Source of the DNA: Bacteroidota bacterium
GTDB taxonomy: Bacteria; Bacteroidota; Bacteroidia; Bacteroidales; VadinHA17
NCBI GenBank assembly: GCA_022703405.1
Contig: JAKLDT010000002.1
Span: 244-64,243 of the forward strand
Length of the DNA: 64,000 nt
Direction of reading: 5' to 3'
The position numbers and the translations under genes are program-made. The notes under the pieces are model-generated. The model made no database searches, was not told the origin of the DNA, and saw only the letters and a program-made list of their open reading frames with translations. This document shows positions 45,091 to 52,829 of this stretch, piece after piece; the first letter of the stretch is position 1, and each line of letters opens with the position of its first letter.

Positions 45091-46061
45091 AATTCAAAAG
45101 ATACAGTCTGCCGCTTTCAGTCTTTCTTCTTGTCTTCTTTCTTCTGGCAATGGTACAGCTCAAAGTTGAAAGGCCTATGCTTATGGCCGAAAGATTTATT
45201 ACAGATGCGGGATGGATTGAAATTCTGATTATCGCACTTTACGGAGCATTTGTTGCTTATAAAATGCAGGATACTGCAAATGTTCCGCAATGGAGAAAAG
45301 TCACCTGGACTATCTTCTCTGTTGTATTCTTCACGCAACTTGCAATTGGTCTGTCTGGTTTCGATAAGTTCCTTATGACAGGCAAGTTACATCTTCCCAT
45401 CCCGATGATGATACTTGCCGGACCGATATACAGGGGGCAGTTGTCCGTAATGACAATTCTGTTTATAAGCACAGTGATCCTTACAGGACCAGCATGGTGC
45501 AGCCATCTCTGCTATTTCGGAGCCTTCGACAACATAGCCTCATCAGGAAAGACAAGCCGTGAGATACTGAAACATAAAGTTGCTATCAAGTCAACAATCA
45601 TTTTCCTTGTAATATTTGGTGCAATTCTTCTCAGGTGGTTCAATGTACCTCATCTTACAGCTACACTTATAGCTGTCGGATTCGGACTTGCCGGTATTGC
45701 AATAATGATCTTTTTCTCACTCAGGCGTAAAAAAATGGTTCATTGCACAATGTACTGCCCAATAGGTACAATTGTAAATGTAACAAAGCATATAAATCCC
45801 TTCAGGATGTACATCGATAAGAGTTGCACTCTTTGCATGCACTGCACACGATATTGCAAGTACGATGCCCTCAATCCGGCTGACATTAAGAAGGGGAAAC
45901 CATCACTCTCCTGCACACTGTGCGGCGACTGCCTGGCAGGATGTCATCACAATTCAATAAAATACAAATTCTTCTCTCTCGATCATGAGAAGGCACGCAG
46001 TCTTTATCTTCTGCTTACAATCAGCCTTCATGCAGCCTGCATAGCTCTTGCAAGGATCTGA
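45087..46061 (+). CDS. Polytopic membrane 4Fe-4S-binding protein (NapH/MauN-like)
   Basis: 324 aa, about 6 TM segments. Cys motifs CSHLCYFG, CTMYCPIG, CTLCMHCTRYC and CTLCGDCLAGC. Overlaps the Rrf2 stop by 4 nt. Confidence 0.7.
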   Translation: MKFKRYSLPLSVFLLVFFLLAMVQLKVERPMLMAERFITDAGWIEILIIALYGAFVAYKMQDTANVPQWRKVTWTIFSVVFFTQLAIGLSGFDKFLMTGKLHLPIPMMILAGPIYRGQLSVMTILFISTVILTGPAWCSHLCYFGAFDNIASSGKTSREILKHKVAIKSTIIFLVIFGAILLRWFNVPHLTATLIAVGFGLAGIAIMIFFSLRRKKMVHCTMYCPIGTIVNVTKHINPFRMYIDKSCTLCMHCTRYCKYDALNPADIKKGKPSLSCTLCGDCLAGCHHNSIKYKFFSLDHEKARSLYLLLTISLHAACIALARI

Positions 46062-46218
46062 TTAGTTCAAAACTTTATTAACACTATTAAATTTTCAAGG
46101 GCACGTATGAAATAATTAATAATGAGTTTCATAAAAATGCGAATAGTCTTGTTTATCAACAAAATTCTTTTATATTCGCATTTGTTATGAACATCTTATT
46201 AACACTCTAACCATCGTT

Positions 46219-47016
46219 ATGCCCTACAGACGACTCCCCAACACAGATGCGGCACGTATAAAAGCCCTGAGGAAAGCCCTTCAGAAAGGACAGGACCTTC
46301 CTCCTCACAAACTTGCATTCCCGGCAAGACATGTTGTAAGTCTACAGAAAGTGCTTCCACAGTTTGAGCACAATATTAGCCAGTACAAACAGTCTGTCAA
46401 TACTCAGAATAATAAAAGCAAGGACTACAATGAAATCCTCCGTAAGGCAAGGATCTATCTTACCCATTTTATCAGAGTAATGAACATGGCGATATTCAGA
46501 GGCGAATTACCGGCTGAAACCAGGACTTATTACGGGATGACAGTAAAAGAATCCACAGTTCCCTCCCTGAATTCTGAAAATGAACTTGTAAGCTGGGGAA
46601 AAAGGGTAATTGAAGGAGAAGAATTCCGGATCAGAAAAGGGGGGAATCCTGTGACAAATCCAACAATAGCTGTTGTGAAAGTAAGGTATGAGAATTTCCT
46701 TCAGGCGCTGCATTACCATAATACCCAGGCCAAAAGGACCTATGATTTCATGGAGAAGAATGTTTCATTAAGGAAGGAGGCGGACGATTTGATACTACAG
46801 ATCTGGAATGATGTAGAAAAGCACCATTCAAACCTGCCTGAAGATGAGAGAAAACTGAAGAACGAAGATTACGGACTAGTATATTTTTACAGAAAAAACG
46901 AATTGGATAAGGTTAAAGCAAATGAAAACCTTATTTCTGAATCACCTGCACTGCAGCCTAAGCATCAGCTTGCTTCACAGGAGAATACTGCATCGGTAAA
47001 TTACCCTGTTTTATAA
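46219..47016 (+). CDS. Hypothetical protein (no family recognised)
   Basis: 265-aa ORF with coding-like composition, its own upstream spacer and a downstream hairpin. No motif that I can place. Confidence 0.5.
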   Translation: MPYRRLPNTDAARIKALRKALQKGQDLPPHKLAFPARHVVSLQKVLPQFEHNISQYKQSVNTQNNKSKDYNEILRKARIYLTHFIRVMNMAIFRGELPAETRTYYGMTVKESTVPSLNSENELVSWGKRVIEGEEFRIRKGGNPVTNPTIAVVKVRYENFLQALHYHNTQAKRTYDFMEKNVSLRKEADDLILQIWNDVEKHHSNLPEDERKLKNEDYGLVYFYRKNELDKVKANENLISESPALQPKHQLASQENTASVNYPVL

Positions 47017-47055
47017 AACCGGGCTTTCCTTCAGATACATAATGTGATAAATATG

Positions 47056-47081
47056 TTGAACAACCAACTTGTTCAATTCTT
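47056..47081 (+). terminator. Hairpin terminator candidate after the hypothetical gene
   Basis: An 8-bp stem ttgaacaa/ttgttcaa (47056-47063 / 47069-47076) with a 5-nt loop, followed by ttctt. Confidence 0.45.
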
Positions 47082-47103
47082 GTCGGCTTTCTGGTCATTT
47101 TAC

Positions 47104-47111
47104 TATTTTTG
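47104..47111 (+). promoter_or_regulatory. -7 promoter box for dusB
   Basis: tatttttg, ending 31 nt upstream of the TTG start at 47143. Confidence 0.45.
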
Positions 47112-47142
47112 CAGCTATTAATCAGTAATAAATAAAACAAAT

Positions 47143-48156
47143 TTGAAATTCTGCGATATCCAGCTGCCTGATTTTCCGCTATTTCTTGCACCAATGGAAG
47201 ATATAACCGACCCTTCCTTCAGGATGGTGTGCAAAATGCAGGGAGCCGATGTTATGTATACTGAATTCATCTCGGCTGATGGTCTCATCAGGGATGGTGA
47301 GAAAAGTGTAAAAAAGCTCGATATCTACGATAATGAAAGGCCCATTGGAATACAGCTTTACGGTCACCTTCTTGATGCAATGGTTGAAGCTGCCCTCATG
47401 GCAGAAGAGGCATCCCCGGAACTTATAGATATCAATTTCGGCTGCCCTGTAAGGAAAATTGCCAACCGAGGCGCCGGAGCCGGGATGCTTAAGAATATTC
47501 CCCTTATGATTGAGATGACTTCTGCAATTGTAAAAGCAGTCAGCTTACCGGTCACTGTTAAAACCCGCCTTGGCTGGGATGACGACAGCAAGATAATTGT
47601 GGAAATCGCTGAAAGGCTGCAGGATGTTGGCATAAAGGCACTTACAATCCATGGAAGGACAAGGGCTCAGTTGTATAAAGGCGTGGCTGACTGGACTTTA
47701 ATAGGCGAAGTGAAAAACAATCCCAGGATGCATATCCCGATAATCGGAAACGGGGATATTGATGGTCCTCTCAAGGCAAAGGAAATGTTTGACAGGTATG
47801 GTGTTGACGGCATTATGATTGGCCGCGCAACAGTCGGCCGGCCCTGGATCTTCAGGGACATAAGGCACTACCTCTCCACCGGTGAGCTGTTGCCGGAACC
47901 TTCCGTCAGTGAGAAAGCTGACCTGGCGCTTTTCCATCTCGACAGATCCCTTGAATATAAGGAAGGCCGGAGAGCGATTTATGAAATGCGCAGGCATCTG
48001 TCGAACTATTTCAAGGGGCTTCCGCATTTTAAGGAAACACGTCTGAAGTTGCTCACAGCAACAGAAGTTGAAGATGTTAAGGCTGTAATTGCCGAAATTA
48101 AGGACAGGTGGGGTGCTTTCAGAAGTGAGGATAAAACCTCTGTTTATAGTGTCTGA
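47143..48156 (+). CDS. dusB: tRNA-dihydrouridine synthase B
   Basis: 337 aa. Motifs LAPMEDITD, DINFGCP and HGRT. TTG start. Confidence 0.88.
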   Translation: MKFCDIQLPDFPLFLAPMEDITDPSFRMVCKMQGADVMYTEFISADGLIRDGEKSVKKLDIYDNERPIGIQLYGHLLDAMVEAALMAEEASPELIDINFGCPVRKIANRGAGAGMLKNIPLMIEMTSAIVKAVSLPVTVKTRLGWDDDSKIIVEIAERLQDVGIKALTIHGRTRAQLYKGVADWTLIGEVKNNPRMHIPIIGNGDIDGPLKAKEMFDRYGVDGIMIGRATVGRPWIFRDIRHYLSTGELLPEPSVSEKADLALFHLDRSLEYKEGRRAIYEMRRHLSNYFKGLPHFKETRLKLLTATEVEDVKAVIAEIKDRWGAFRSEDKTSVYSV

Positions 48157-49097
48157 CCTTCAGGGCCGGCCTTTTCAACCCTCCCGAAGAGATAAGAGAA
48201 ATCCTTCATCCTGAAAATGGCTTTCATTACAAGGATGAAAATCAATCCTGATATCAGAAGTCCAGCAAGTTCCTGCCATGGATTATAGTTCAGCTGCTCA
48301 TACAGTGCTTCAGTCTGAAGCGCTGATGATTTCTGGGTGACCATGATACAAAGGAAAATGTTGTTTGCCGCATGTGCGCCAAGCGCTGTTTCAATGCCGT
48401 CATCGAGTATTGTCACTATGCCAAAGATGAGCCCGAATGTAAGATACTGAGGCATCACTGTCAGAAAGCCGTACTCCTTAACCTCGGGATTGATTGAGTG
48501 CATGAGGGCGAAAAAAACAGATGTTGCCAGAAGTGGAAAAAAGCGTTTCGATACAACAAGTGTAAATCCCTGCATAAGGTATCCCCTGAAAAGGATCTCT
48601 TCAAAAGCTGCCTGAAAAGGGATCAGCAGGAATGAAACAAATACAAGCAGAATAAGGGACGCTGAATTGTTATTTAATCTAAAATTGGATGGATCAATTG
48701 CAAGATAGACAAAGAGATAAATCAACATCAGGAAGATCCATACAGCTCCTGAAACAAACATCCTCTTCCATCTGAAGCTTTCTGATCCTGTTATTGTTGA
48801 GAGAAACTTCCTTTCATGCAGAGGCTTAACTAGAAGCATATAGGCTGCCACTCCCACAATGAAAGGTATAAGCATAAGAACTAGCATGCTGTTCTTGTCA
48901 ATGCCCATCTGAGACAGATTGTTCAGGTTTGAGGAGATCTCCGGAAGCGCCTGGGGATTGCTTCTGGCAGCAATAATACCAACAAGTGCAAAAGGAAGGG
49001 AACCCAGAGTGTTTGCTGCAGCAAATATTGCAGCAATCATTATAATATAGCGCCAGAGATTATTCTTCCCTGTAAATGATGATTCAAGATGTCTCAT
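48144..49097 (-). CDS. CPBP-family intramembrane glutamic endopeptidase (CAAX protease-like)
   Basis: 317 aa, multi-TM. Motifs EEILFRGYL and FALMH. Confidence 0.8.
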   Translation of the reverse strand: MRHLESSFTGKNNLWRYIIMIAAIFAAANTLGSLPFALVGIIAARSNPQALPEISSNLNNLSQMGIDKNSMLVLMLIPFIVGVAAYMLLVKPLHERKFLSTITGSESFRWKRMFVSGAVWIFLMLIYLFVYLAIDPSNFRLNNNSASLILLVFVSFLLIPFQAAFEEILFRGYLMQGFTLVVSKRFFPLLATSVFFALMHSINPEVKEYGFLTVMPQYLTFGLIFGIVTILDDGIETALGAHAANNIFLCIMVTQKSSALQTEALYEQLNYNPWQELAGLLISGLIFILVMKAIFRMKDFSYLFGRVEKAGPEGQTL

Positions 49098-49105
49098 TGT
49101 GAAAT

Positions 49106-50683
49106 TCAGAATTCGGTGATAGCCCTACGCGGATGGTCGATTGAATAGTGCAGTCCCACACTCTCATGCCTGTTCTTGGCCATTTTAATTATAATGTATC
49201 CCACATTTATTATGTTTCTTAATTCACATATCTTCTTGGATACAAGCGATCTTTTATAGAGGCTCTCTGTTTCCTTGAATATTATTTCAAGTCGTACAAG
49301 AGCCCGCTCAAGCCTCAGGTCAGAGCGCACAATGCCAACATAATTGCTCATAATGCTTTGTACCTCCTTGTAGTTCTGAGTTACAAGGATCATTTCCTCA
49401 AGATGAGTCGTTCCCTTGTAATCCCAGTCAGGAATACCCTCTTCATAGCTCAGTTCTTTCAGCCTTGGTCCTGAGTGTTCAGCAGCATTATGAGCATAGA
49501 CAACAGCCTCAATCAGGGAATTTGATGCAAGCCTGTTGGCGCCATGCAGACCTGTTGAAGAAGATTCGCCCAGAGCATACAGCCTGTTTATTGAACTCTG
49601 CCCGTCCATGTCAACTTTAATGCCCCCGCAGGAGTAATGTACTGCCGGAACAACAGGGATCATGTCCTTTGTTATGTCTATTCCCCTGGCGAGGCAGTGC
49701 TCATATACATTCGGAAAGTGATCTTTCAGACCCTCCGGTTCAAGATGAGTGCAGTCGAGCCAAACATGGTCATCACCCCATATCTTCATCTCGTTGTCAA
49801 TTGCCCTTGCAACTATATCCCTGGGGGCCAGCGACTCACGGCTGTCATAACGTTTCATAAAGCTTTCGCCTGACATGTTTTTCAAAATGGCGCCATAACC
49901 ACGGAGCGCTTCTGTTATCAGGAAATTTGGCCTCTTGTTCGGATCCCACAGGGCAGTTGGATGAAACTGAACAAACTCCATGTTCTCAATCACGCCCTTG
50001 GCACGGTATACCATTGCAACGCCGTCGCCTGTTGCAATCTCGGGATTTGTTGTTGTCATGTACACATTTCCCATGCCTCCTGTTGCAATTACAGTCACCT
50101 TTGAAAGCACTGTAATGACTTTCTGGTTTTTAAGGTCAGCTACATAGGCTCCGTAGCAGTTAATGTCAGGGTAATTCTTTTTCAGTATTTCGCCAAGGTG
50201 ATGCTGAGTAAGTATCTCTATTGCAAAATGATGCTCAAATATTGAGATGTTTTTATTGTTCCTCACCTGATCCATCAGCGTATACTGGATGGCCTCTCCA
50301 GTCTTATCCTTATGATGAAGTATCCTGTATTCTGTATGTCCTCCTTCCCTTGCCAGGTCATAAGATCCGTCTCCTGTCTGATCGAATGTTACTCCCAGGT
50401 TTATCAGTTCCTTTATCCTGTCAGGCGCATTCTGGACAACCATTCTTACAACCTCTTCATCACAGAATCCGTCGCCGGCAACTAGAGTATCCTTTATGTG
50501 TTTTTCAAAACTGTCAGGTTCTCTGAATACAGCAGCTATGCCTCCCTGTGCATATCTTGTATTGGAATCCACAAGATTTGCCTTCGTAACAATCGTAACC
50601 TTTCCGTATTTTGCTGCCTTCAATGCAAAAGTCAGACCCGCAATGCCTGATCCTATCACAAGAAAATCCGTATGCTTTCTCAT
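49106..50683 (-). CDS. nadB: L-aspartate oxidase
   Basis: 525 aa. FAD motif DFLVIGSGIAGL plus AQGGIAA...HPT...GGI.VD...GLHGANRLASNSL. Confidence 0.9.
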   Translation of the reverse strand: MRKHTDFLVIGSGIAGLTFALKAAKYGKVTIVTKANLVDSNTRYAQGGIAAVFREPDSFEKHIKDTLVAGDGFCDEEVVRMVVQNAPDRIKELINLGVTFDQTGDGSYDLAREGGHTEYRILHHKDKTGEAIQYTLMDQVRNNKNISIFEHHFAIEILTQHHLGEILKKNYPDINCYGAYVADLKNQKVITVLSKVTVIATGGMGNVYMTTTNPEIATGDGVAMVYRAKGVIENMEFVQFHPTALWDPNKRPNFLITEALRGYGAILKNMSGESFMKRYDSRESLAPRDIVARAIDNEMKIWGDDHVWLDCTHLEPEGLKDHFPNVYEHCLARGIDITKDMIPVVPAVHYSCGGIKVDMDGQSSINRLYALGESSSTGLHGANRLASNSLIEAVVYAHNAAEHSGPRLKELSYEEGIPDWDYKGTTHLEEMILVTQNYKEVQSIMSNYVGIVRSDLRLERALVRLEIIFKETESLYKRSLVSKKICELRNIINVGYIIIKMAKNRHESVGLHYSIDHPRRAITEF

Positions 50684-50774
50684 TTCTAAGCTTAAAATAA
50701 AGGCTAAAGATACAAATAGTTGGTGATTGAAGATTCCATAAAGTGATCTCGTTGTAAAACAGAACTTTTTAATA

Positions 50775-50782
50775 TACTTTTG
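50775..50782 (+). promoter_or_regulatory. -7 promoter box for glyQS
   Basis: tacttttg, ending 26 nt upstream of the ATG at 50809. Confidence 0.45.
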
Positions 50783-50808
50783 CCTTCTTCAATACTTAAA
50801 CAGGAAAT

Positions 50809-52359
50809 ATGGCCCAGGAAGACAATTTCAGGAAATTTGTGGCACATTGCAAGGAATATGGTTATGTATTCCCTTCAAGTGAGATATATGACGGACTCAG
50901 TGCGGTTTACGATTACGGACAGTATGGTGTTGAGCTGAAGAATAATATCAAGAAGTACTGGTGGGACAGCATGGTCCTGCTCAATGACAATATTGTCGGT
51001 ATCGACTCTGCCATTTTCATGCATCCCACTATCTGGAAAGCTTCCGGTCATGTTGATGCCTTCAATGATCCGCTTATCGACAATAAGGATTCAAAGAAAA
51101 GGTACAGGGCTGATGTCCTCATAGAAGATCATATAGCAAAGATCGAGGAAAAGATAAATAAGGAAGTTGAAAAAGCCCGCCAGAGGTTTGGTGAAGCTTT
51201 CGATGAGAAGAAATTCCGCGAGACAAATCAGCGCGTGCTTGAAAACCAGGGAAAGATTGACGAGATAAATGCAAGGTTTGCAAAAGCGCTGAATGAGACC
51301 GACCTCCCCGGAATAAGGCAGATCATTATTGACAATGAGATTGTATGCCCGATATCCGGTACCCGCAACTGGACAGAAGTAAGACAGTTTAACCTTATGT
51401 TCTCAACCGAGATGGGTTCAACATCAGAAGGAGCCAACAAGATCTATCTCCGCCCGGAAACAGCGCAGGGTATTTTTGTGAACTTCCTTAATGTTCAGAA
51501 AACAGGAAGAATGAAACTGCCTTTCGGTATAGCACAGATAGGCAAGGCATTCAGGAATGAGATCGTTGCCCGCCAGTTCATCTTCAGAATGAGGGAATTT
51601 GAACAGATGGAAATGCAATTTTTTGTGCAGCCGGGAACAGAGCTGGAGTGGTTTGCCAAGTGGAAGGAAACAAGGATGAAGTGGCACCAGGCCCTTGGAT
51701 TCGGCAGCGAAAAATATCGGTTCCACGACCATACAAAGCTTGCACATTATGCGAATGCCGCAACCGATATAGAATTCAAATTCCCCTTCGGATTCAAAGA
51801 GGTGGAAGGAATACACTCAAGAACTGATTTTGACCTAAAACAGCATCAGGAATACAGTGGTAAGAAAATCCAGTATTTCGATCCCGAGAAAGGTGAATCT
51901 TATGTTCCTTATGTTATTGAGACATCAATTGGCGTCGACAGGATGTTCCTCCAGGTAATTTCAGCCTCTTATGCTGAGGAAGAGCTTGTTAAGGAAGACG
52001 GAACAAAAGATACAAGGGTTGTCCTTCGTCTTCCGGCATACCTTGCTCCTGTTAAGCTTGCAGTAATGCCGCTTGTGAAGAAAGACGGCCTCCCTGAAAT
52101 AGCAGAGAGAATAGTTCATGACCTGAAGTTCGATTTCAACTGCCAGTATGATGACAAGGATTCAATCGGAAGACGTTACAGGCGACAGGATGCAATCGGT
52201 ACCCCATACTGCATAACAATTGACCATCAAACACTTGAAGATAACAGTGTTACTATACGTTACCGCGATTCAATGGAACAGGAAAGAGTGAATATTTCCC
52301 AGCTTAAGAACATAATTACAGAGAAGGTTTCGATACAGAGTCTGTTGAAAAAGCTATAA
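50809..52359 (+). CDS. glyQS: Glycine--tRNA ligase (dimeric class II type)
   Basis: 516 aa. YGYVFPSSEIYDGL, LRPETAQG, FRNE and the GVDR class II motifs. Confidence 0.92.
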   Translation: MAQEDNFRKFVAHCKEYGYVFPSSEIYDGLSAVYDYGQYGVELKNNIKKYWWDSMVLLNDNIVGIDSAIFMHPTIWKASGHVDAFNDPLIDNKDSKKRYRADVLIEDHIAKIEEKINKEVEKARQRFGEAFDEKKFRETNQRVLENQGKIDEINARFAKALNETDLPGIRQIIIDNEIVCPISGTRNWTEVRQFNLMFSTEMGSTSEGANKIYLRPETAQGIFVNFLNVQKTGRMKLPFGIAQIGKAFRNEIVARQFIFRMREFEQMEMQFFVQPGTELEWFAKWKETRMKWHQALGFGSEKYRFHDHTKLAHYANAATDIEFKFPFGFKEVEGIHSRTDFDLKQHQEYSGKKIQYFDPEKGESYVPYVIETSIGVDRMFLQVISASYAEEELVKEDGTKDTRVVLRLPAYLAPVKLAVMPLVKKDGLPEIAERIVHDLKFDFNCQYDDKDSIGRRYRRQDAIGTPYCITIDHQTLEDNSVTIRYRDSMEQERVNISQLKNIITEKVSIQSLLKKL

Positions 52360-52430
52360 AAGCTTTAAAAGCTGTAGAGGCTGTAAAGGCTGTAAAGGCG
52401 ATAAGGACTATGAAAGTTGTTGAAGCTTAG
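52357..52430 (+). repeat. Left 9-nt-period array (consensus NTARAGGCT, ~8 units) starting at the glyQS stop codon
   Basis: The units are taaaagctt, taaaagctg, tagaggctg, taaaggctg, taaaggcga, taaggacta, tgaaagttg and ttgaagctt. The array is the reverse complement of the array at 52872..52943. Confidence 0.88.
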
Positions 52431-52456
52431 TAGAAATTATTCATAGATTTAATTTT

Positions 52457-52813
52457 ATGGCTCATCCCTGGAAAGACCTGGTTGTATGGCAGAAATCTCA
52501 TAAGCTGGTCATAGAAATATATAAAGCAACTGAGATCTTTCCTGATAAAGAAAGATTCGGATTAACCCAACAATTAAGAAGATCAGCAGTTTCTGTTGCT
52601 GCAAACATTGTTGAAGGTAAATCAAGGAAAACCGATAAAGAATTTGCATCTTTTTTATATAACTCAAGGGGATCTCTTGAAGAAACAAGATATCATTTAC
52701 TCTTGTCGAGAGATTTGAATTACATCAATCCTGAAGACTATGAGGCAATTGAAAAGATGGCTGCTGAGGTCAGCTATTTATTGAATAAACTAATTTCGGT
52801 AACTTTGAAATAA
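52457..52813 (+). CDS. Four-helix-bundle protein (23S rRNA intervening-sequence protein / Avd-like family)
   Basis: 118 aa. LVVWQKSHKLVIEIYKAT..FP..ERFGLTQQLRRSAVSVAANIVEG...EF..FL..S.GSL.E..Y.L.L is the family signature. Confidence 0.85.
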   Translation: MAHPWKDLVVWQKSHKLVIEIYKATEIFPDKERFGLTQQLRRSAVSVAANIVEGKSRKTDKEFASFLYNSRGSLEETRYHLLLSRDLNYINPEDYEAIEKMAAEVSYLLNKLISVTLK

Positions 52814-52829
52814 CATCTTTGCCGAATCC

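Noticed and set aside
52457-52813. The four-helix-bundle (Avd-like) gene as part of a diversity-generating retroelement
   Set aside because: The window holds no reverse transcriptase ORF, and I could not find a template/variable repeat pair, including in the C-termini of the two FISUMP proteins. A DGR elsewhere in the genome cannot be excluded.
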